Made by a program: the position numbers and the translations under genes. DNA of 11,728 nucleotides from NCBI GenBank assembly GCA_964388265.1, contig CAYLXZ010000016.1, positions 3,188 through 14,915 on the forward strand, read 5' to 3'. A model generated the notes under the pieces. It did no database searches and had not been told where the DNA came from. It worked only from the letters and a program-made list of their open reading frames with translations. The DNA is from Candidatus Micrarchaeota archaeon. Lineage in GTDB: Archaea; B1Sed10-29. This document shows, piece by piece, positions 7,718 through 11,728 of this stretch. Positions within the stretch are counted from its first letter, which is position 1; every line of letters starts with the position of its first letter.

Positions 7718-8134
7718 CTATTGTTCCAGCCAGAAGGTAGATGTCTTCTCCATGTGTTCCTTGATTTCTTCTTCACTGGCGGTTGGTAGATCTGTTTCTT
7801 TAAACGAGAACTTTCTTTTAAAGTCTTTCCATGTCTCTTCAGGATCGGAGTCAAAGCAAATGAAAACTGCTTTCTCATCTTTTACTTTAGCTTCCTTGAT
7901 AGCGTCCTTTATCTGTCTCTTTCCGGTTAAATGAAGCAGTAGACCTATCTTCGGAACATGACTGATGTTTCTATCTTGCTCGTACGCTTTCTCCGTTGAC
8001 TTAACCGCGTGTTCCACATTCTTCCTGGAGGTAACCAGGTCTCTGGACACCACCTGGGTTTTCTCATGGTTATCTATGAATTCAACTAGTTCATCTTCCT
8101 TGAACTCATCCAACTCAAAGGATTTGACAATCAT
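7718..8134 (-). CDS. cgi121: KEOPS complex subunit Cgi121 (138 aa; start revised to ATG 8134)
   Basis: HAV...KAY...RNIS....LLL.LTG.RQI.DAI pattern and C-terminal EK. The size is typical of Cgi121. Confidence 0.85.
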   Translation of the reverse strand: MIVKSFELDEFKEDELVEFIDNHEKTQVVSRDLVTSRKNVEHAVKSTEKAYEQDRNISHVPKIGLLLHLTGKRQIKDAIKEAKVKDEKAVFICFDSDPEETWKDFKRKFSFKETDLPTASEEEIKEHMEKTSTFWLEQ

Positions 8135-8248
8135 GTTAAACTTAAACACAGAGTATAATAAGTAACTGGAGGTTTCCCTGAATACCAAGAGGCTTTAAAG
8201 GAAGATGAGGATAAGATTCATGGAAACACAGTAAAAGAGGTGAAATCA

Positions 8249-8617
8249 ATGAGCATTACACATGGTCCTAAAGAAGCTTTAAACAAGAGAAACAAGAAAA
8301 AATACGAACTGGGCTCCGAACCCACAGAAACTAAAGTAAGCGTGAAAGATAAGAGAAAGAAAGAGAAAAGAAGAGGCGGAAACACAAAGACAAGATTAAC
8401 CCAAGCCTCCAAAGTCAACCTACTCGACAAAGAAGAAGGAGAATACACAGTAACGGAGATAGACGGAGTTAAAGAAAACCCAGCGAATAGAAACTACGCT
8501 AGAGAAAACGTAGTAACAAAAGGAACTGTAATTGAAACTCCAGAAGGAGAAGCACGAGTAACCAGTAGACCAGGCCAAGACGGAGTAGTGAACGCGGTTC
8601 TAATACAAGAAAAATAA
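8249..8617 (+). CDS. rps8e: 30S ribosomal protein S8e (start revised to ATG 8249)
   Basis: YELG.EP..TK, RGGN.K.RL, NPAN.NY.R.N..TKG..IET and VTSRPGQDGVVNAVL. The SD GAGGTGA at 8237-8243 contains the GTG start used by the ORF track. Confidence 0.96.
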   Translation: MSITHGPKEALNKRNKKKYELGSEPTETKVSVKDKRKKEKRRGGNTKTRLTQASKVNLLDKEEGEYTVTEIDGVKENPANRNYARENVVTKGTVIETPEGEARVTSRPGQDGVVNAVLIQEK

Positions 8618-8628
8618 CCGCCTGTAAC

Positions 8629-8674
8629 TCTTTCTTCCTACGCAGATACTTCAGTCCACTATAGATTTTTTTCT
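8629..8674 (+). terminator. Pyrimidine/oligo-T terminator region after rps8e
   Basis: TCTTTCTTCC at 8629-8638 and a T7 run at 8666-8672 in a convergent intergenic gap. Confidence 0.45.
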
Positions 8675-8692
8675 CGTTATCTATTAAACTAC

Positions 8693-8980
8693 CTACAATA
8701 GATTTAGTAACAACCTGATCACTGCTAACACGATTAGGATGTATCCAATGATCTTAGCAAAACCAGAACCCACAATGAGTATTATACCAAGTATTATAAG
8801 GAAAGCTGGGCTCGTGCTGGTTAAAAAGTTCGAAACATCATTCACCAACCCATTTCCATCTCCCTCAGTTTCATTCCCACTCTCACCTATCATTCCAGAT
8901 TCATTAATCGCACTAAATCCCATACCGGTCAACATCAAGGTAAGTCCGAGTACTAGAGCAATTTTTCTTATTGTTCTCAT
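8693..8980 (-). CDS. Small membrane protein: signal peptide, acidic Gly/Asn linker, two C-terminal TM helices
   Basis: MRTIRK followed by a hydrophobic stretch, two N-x-S/T sequons (NES, NET) in the linker and a hydrophobic hairpin. TTTATAAA at 9012-9019 upstream. Confidence 0.75.
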   Translation of the reverse strand: MRTIRKIALVLGLTLMLTGMGFSAINESGMIGESGNETEGDGNGLVNDVSNFLTSTSPAFLIILGIILIVGSGFAKIIGYILIVLAVIRLLLNLL

Positions 8981-9042
8981 AGTGATCTCAAGTAAAAGAA
9001 AGAGAAAGACATTTATAAATCTACCGGAATATAGGTTTCAAT

Positions 9043-9060
9043 GAAGAGAAGATTCTCTTC
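9043..9060. repeat. Perfect inverted repeat, 8-bp arms, 2-nt spacer
   Basis: GAAGAGAA-GA-TTCTCTTC. Confidence 0.75.
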
Positions 9061-9139
9061 TTCCCAAGAGCCACTTAAATCTAGAGGAGCCAATTAACTT
9101 TCTTTCCTTTGGGAGATTTCAGCACTCCCCTTCTCAGCT

Positions 9140-9292
9140 TTAATCTTTTCCTACAACGTTACTCATGGCTTTCTTGGTGCCAGCTCCAATTCCTGCTCTT
9201 GGACTTGTCTTAGATCTCTTGAGCAGTCCCTGAGTCTGGTCAGTTCTTCTTTTCTGCATCACATCGCCCACGTTCATTATGGATATCTTCAT
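9140..9292 (-). CDS. Unannotated small basic protein (50 aa)
   Basis: MKISIMNVGDVMQKRRTDQTQGLLKRSKTSPRAGIGAGTKKAMSNVVGKD*. A perfect SD GGAGGTGA (9304-9297) lies 4 nt before the ATG, with TTTTATAT on the minus strand at 9340-9333. It fills an otherwise empty gap. Confidence 0.7.
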   Translation of the reverse strand: MKISIMNVGDVMQKRRTDQTQGLLKRSKTSPRAGIGAGTKKAMSNVVGKD

Positions 9293-9365
9293 AGCTTCAC
9301 CTCCAGTTTCACGGGTTAGTAATCAACTGTAGATATAAAAACACAGAGGGTTTTTAATACTTACG

Positions 9366-10253
9366 ATGGATCGAGTTGTGATAGCTCTAGGTGGAAATAC
9401 CCTTGTGGAAGCCGGGGAAAACAGTGGTGAAGAGAGACAGCTGCAAAGGCTCCAGGAGACAATGGATAACCTCAAAGAGATCATTAGAAATAACTCAACG
9501 GTTTTAACTCATGGGAACGGCCCGCAGGTAGGTAATCTACTTATCCAGCAAGATAAAGGAAAAGAAGAAGTTCCTCCTCTATCTCTAGATACCTGTGTGG
9601 CTATGACCCAGGGACAGATCGGTTACTATATAGAGAGATCCACGGATGTGAACACGGTAGCAGTTAACACCCAGGTAGAGGTGGACCCAGAGGACCCGGC
9701 GTTCGAAGACTCTTCCAAGCCAATCGGACCTTATTACGAGGAGAAACCAGAGAAAGAAGAAAAAGAGTTCGTGGAGGAGCCCGAAGGATGGCGGAGAGTT
9801 GTTCCATCACCGGAGCCAAAGAAGATAATAGAGATAAAAGAGATAAAATCATTGCTCGAAAGAGGTTTTAATATCGTTGCCTGTGGAGGCGGAGGGATTC
9901 CAGTAAAAAGAGAAAGTGAAAGAAGATTCAAGGGAATCGAAGCCGTGGTAGATAAGGATAAAGCCTCTGCTCTTCTCGGAGACCAGCTAAACGCGGATAA
10001 GCTCTACATAATAACGGATGTGCCCTATGTCTACAGGGACTACGGCACGGAGAACCAGGAGAGGATAGAGAACATGCATCCAGCGGAGGCTCGTGAACTA
10101 ATAGAGGAAAATGAGTTCGAAGAAGGTTCCATGAAACCCAAGATAGAGTCAGTGATCCGGTTCCTCTCCTCAGGCGGAGAAAAAGCAGTGATAACAGATA
10201 TAGAGAACGCGGAAGATATAAATAAGGATAAAGGAACCATTATAAAGAAATAG
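9366..10253 (+). CDS. arcC: Carbamate kinase
   Basis: VVIALGGN, THGNGPQVG, TQGQIGY, KPIGP, GWRRVVPSP, GGGGIPV, EAVVDKD and GSMxPK. Confidence 0.96.
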   Translation: MDRVVIALGGNTLVEAGENSGEERQLQRLQETMDNLKEIIRNNSTVLTHGNGPQVGNLLIQQDKGKEEVPPLSLDTCVAMTQGQIGYYIERSTDVNTVAVNTQVEVDPEDPAFEDSSKPIGPYYEEKPEKEEKEFVEEPEGWRRVVPSPEPKKIIEIKEIKSLLERGFNIVACGGGGIPVKRESERRFKGIEAVVDKDKASALLGDQLNADKLYIITDVPYVYRDYGTENQERIENMHPAEARELIEENEFEEGSMKPKIESVIRFLSSGGEKAVITDIENAEDINKDKGTIIKK

Positions 10254-10310
10254 TTCGGTATAGGAAAGAAACCTTAAACCACAAATGACAAAACTACATA
10301 GGGGAATGAA

Positions 10311-11162
10311 ATGGATAACCTTATAGACATAAGAAAAATGAATAGAAAGGAAATTTTAAATCTCTTTGAGAAAACTGAGAAAGAAAGATACAGAAAGACA
10401 GATAAACTAGATAAGAAAACGCTAGGAATGATATTCGAGAAATCCAGCACAAGAACAAGAATAAGCTTCGAAGAAGGAATGAACCAACTGGGTGGAAACT
10501 CGATATTCCTATCAAAGCAAGATACACAGCTAGGAAGAGGAGAACCAATAAAAGACACAGGAAGAGTGCTAACAAGATACCTAGATGGAGTGATGGCGCG
10601 TCTACACGGACACGAAGCAATGGAAGAACTTGAAAAACACTCCGATGTACCTGTGATAAATGGATTAACGGATAAACTGCATCCATGCCAGGCACTCACC
10701 GACTACTACACCATCTGGAGAAAGAAAGATCTAGATGCAAACGTGGTTTTCCTAGGTGATGGAGGAGACAACGTCTGCCACTCACTCATAAACACAGCCA
10801 CAGTTCTAGATAAAGAAATAACTATATCCTGTCCCTCCCAACACACTCCTGAAGTAGACGGAAACTATCAGGTCATCGAAGACCCAGAAAAAGCCGTGGA
10901 AAACGCCGATGTAATCTACACGGACGTATGGGTGAGCATGGGAGAAAAAGGAAAAAAGAAAAAGATATTCGAACCATACCAAGTTAACAAAGAACTAATG
11001 TCAAAACCTAGAAGTAACTCGATCTTCATGCATTGCCTACCAGCGCACAGAGGAGAAGAAGTAACTGATGAAGTCGTGGAAAGTTCCAGATCCGTAGTGT
11101 TCGATCAAGCGGAGAACAGACTTCACTTGCAGAAAGCCCTGTTACTGGAACTCATTGAATGA
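10311..11162 (+). CDS. argF: Ornithine carbamoyltransferase (probably catabolic given the arcC linkage)
   Basis: STRTR, HPCQ, YTDVWVSMG, FMHCLP and QAENRLH. Confidence 0.95.
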   Translation: MDNLIDIRKMNRKEILNLFEKTEKERYRKTDKLDKKTLGMIFEKSSTRTRISFEEGMNQLGGNSIFLSKQDTQLGRGEPIKDTGRVLTRYLDGVMARLHGHEAMEELEKHSDVPVINGLTDKLHPCQALTDYYTIWRKKDLDANVVFLGDGGDNVCHSLINTATVLDKEITISCPSQHTPEVDGNYQVIEDPEKAVENADVIYTDVWVSMGEKGKKKKIFEPYQVNKELMSKPRSNSIFMHCLPAHRGEEVTDEVVESSRSVVFDQAENRLHLQKALLLELIE

Positions 11163-11193
11163 AAGAAGGAAAAAACCTCCTACTTGGCCAGGT

Positions 11194-11268
11194 TCACATA
11201 ACAAATACAGCTGTTATAATCGCAGTGCCTGAGACTATGAGCAGAAGATCTCTCGTGTCAATATCCAT
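11194..11268 (-). CDS. Candidate single-TM micropeptide (24 aa; 30 aa if ATG 11286 is used)
   Basis: MDIDTRDLLLIVSGTAIITAVFVM*. GAGTGAT SD-like site before the ATG and a T6 tract on the minus strand (11175-11170) after the stop. Confidence 0.5.
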   Translation of the reverse strand: MDIDTRDLLLIVSGTAIITAVFVM

Positions 11269-11383
11269 GTTTATCACTCTCTTCATTATATAGAATCAAG
11301 TAATCTCTTGCGACTTTTGTGTAGAGAACTATTTATAAAGGTAACCCGTATCCAGACAGATTCTCCTCTTTTCAAGAAGCCAT

Positions 11384-11400
11384 AAAGAAACTTTTATAAA
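11384..11400 (+). promoter_or_regulatory. Probable rRNA operon promoter (BRE + TATA)
   Basis: Purine-rich AAAGAAAC followed by TTTTATAAA (11392-11400), about 250 nt upstream of the 16S 5' end. Confidence 0.65.
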
Positions 11401-11546
11401 CCATTAAAAAGACAATATACAATACGTAAAACACCCTTACAGCACCATCATGCAAGCACAGAAAAACCCTTGCAAAGAAACATCACCCCCTTATTGACAG
11501 CACGTCATTCACAAAGCAGTTAGTCACTCACATTAATATATTCACA

Positions 11547-11590
11547 AATGAAGGTTTGAACAAGCCTTCCCAGGGCCTCAAACCTGAAGT
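11547..11590 (+). other. Stem-loop in the pre-rRNA leader with tandem G.A pairs at its base
   Basis: AGGTTTGA (11552-11559) pairs with TCAAACCT (11578-11585), with an inner GCCT/GGGC stem. GA flanks both sides (11550-11551 and 11586-11587). Confidence 0.55.
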
Positions 11591-11650
11591 TGGCTCATAG
11601 ATAGGGAAATGCCTCTGTTATTATACCCGCATACCTGACAGTGGTCGTCA

Positions 11651-11728
11651 ATACCAGTTGATCCTACTGGAGGGTACCGCTATTGAAGTCCGATTAAGTC
11701 ATGCAAGTCAGAGAGCTTTGGCTCTCGG
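11651..11728 (+). rRNA. rrs: 16S rRNA, 5' end (partial, runs off the window)
   Basis: ATACCAGTTGATCCTACTGGAGG...GCTATTG..GTCCGATTAAGTCATGCAAGTC aligns with the archaeal 16S start ATTCCGGTTGATCCTGCCGGA...TAAGCCATGC.AGTC. Helix 1 (CCAGT/ACTGG) and a helix-6 hairpin (GAGAGC-TTTG-GCTCTC) can form. Confidence 0.93.

Noticed and set aside
8135..8248. Longer starts for cgi121 (8188) and rps8e (8240)
   Set aside because: The extensions run through promoter or SD sequence. ATG 8134 and ATG 8249 fit the expected protein starts better.
8140..8690. SRP RNA or tRNA near rps8e
   Set aside because: The gaps are too short and AT-rich, with no SRP helix-8 motif and no cloverleaf or T-arm.
9105..9135. Archaeal SECIS-like GAA-GGG...CCC-A hairpin on the minus strand
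   Set aside because: The upstream 50-aa ORF has no in-frame TGA, there is no supporting lower stem, and no selenoprotein is evident.
231..10699. Antisense or overlapping ORFs in the track (e.g. 231-458, 786-974, 1296-1862, 2678-3010, 3314-3556, 5196-5456, 5225-5686, 5907-6140, 7400-7672, 7677-7934, 7965-8165, 8218-8448, 8739-9044, 9664-9931, 10040-10240, 10274-10699)
   Set aside because: They are Ser/Phe/Leu-rich mirror translations of the purine-rich genes on the opposite strand, with no motifs.
11152..11196. TGA read-through extending the micropeptide
   Set aside because: All clear genes here use TGA as a stop. The extension would run through a T-tract into the argF end.
11400..11650. CRISPR array, ORF or tRNA in the long non-coding stretch
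   Set aside because: No periodic repeats or credible frame. The stretch is explained as the rRNA leader.

Overview
Archaeal chromosomal window made up mostly of housekeeping genes. The proteome is Glu/Lys-rich and acidic, and the 16S rRNA 5' end is strongly divergent. My inference is a halophilic or halotolerant, probably DPANN-like or otherwise uncultured lineage. Gene order: end of a surface protein with a PGF-CTERM-like tail, trpS, an acidic hypothetical, nucS (EndoMS), a non-canonical histone-fold protein with a long C-terminal helix, a PepSY-like protein, a DUF2070 membrane protein, an RNase H-like exonuclease, a Cys-rich membrane-anchored protein, a minus-strand cgi121 / SAM methyltransferase / CDP-alcohol phosphatidyltransferase unit, rps8e, a small membrane protein, an unannotated basic 50-aa ORF, arcC and ornithine carbamoyltransferase, an unannotated single-TM micropeptide, then an rRNA promoter, leader and the start of 16S rRNA. 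I saw no CRISPR array, mobile element or tRNA. The best lead for something new is the methyltransferase coupled to a PgsA/AgsA-type synthase, a candidate for the PGP to PGP-Me lipid-methylating step. This is a hypothesis from gene context, not a demonstrated function. All family assignments come from recalled motifs; no search was run.
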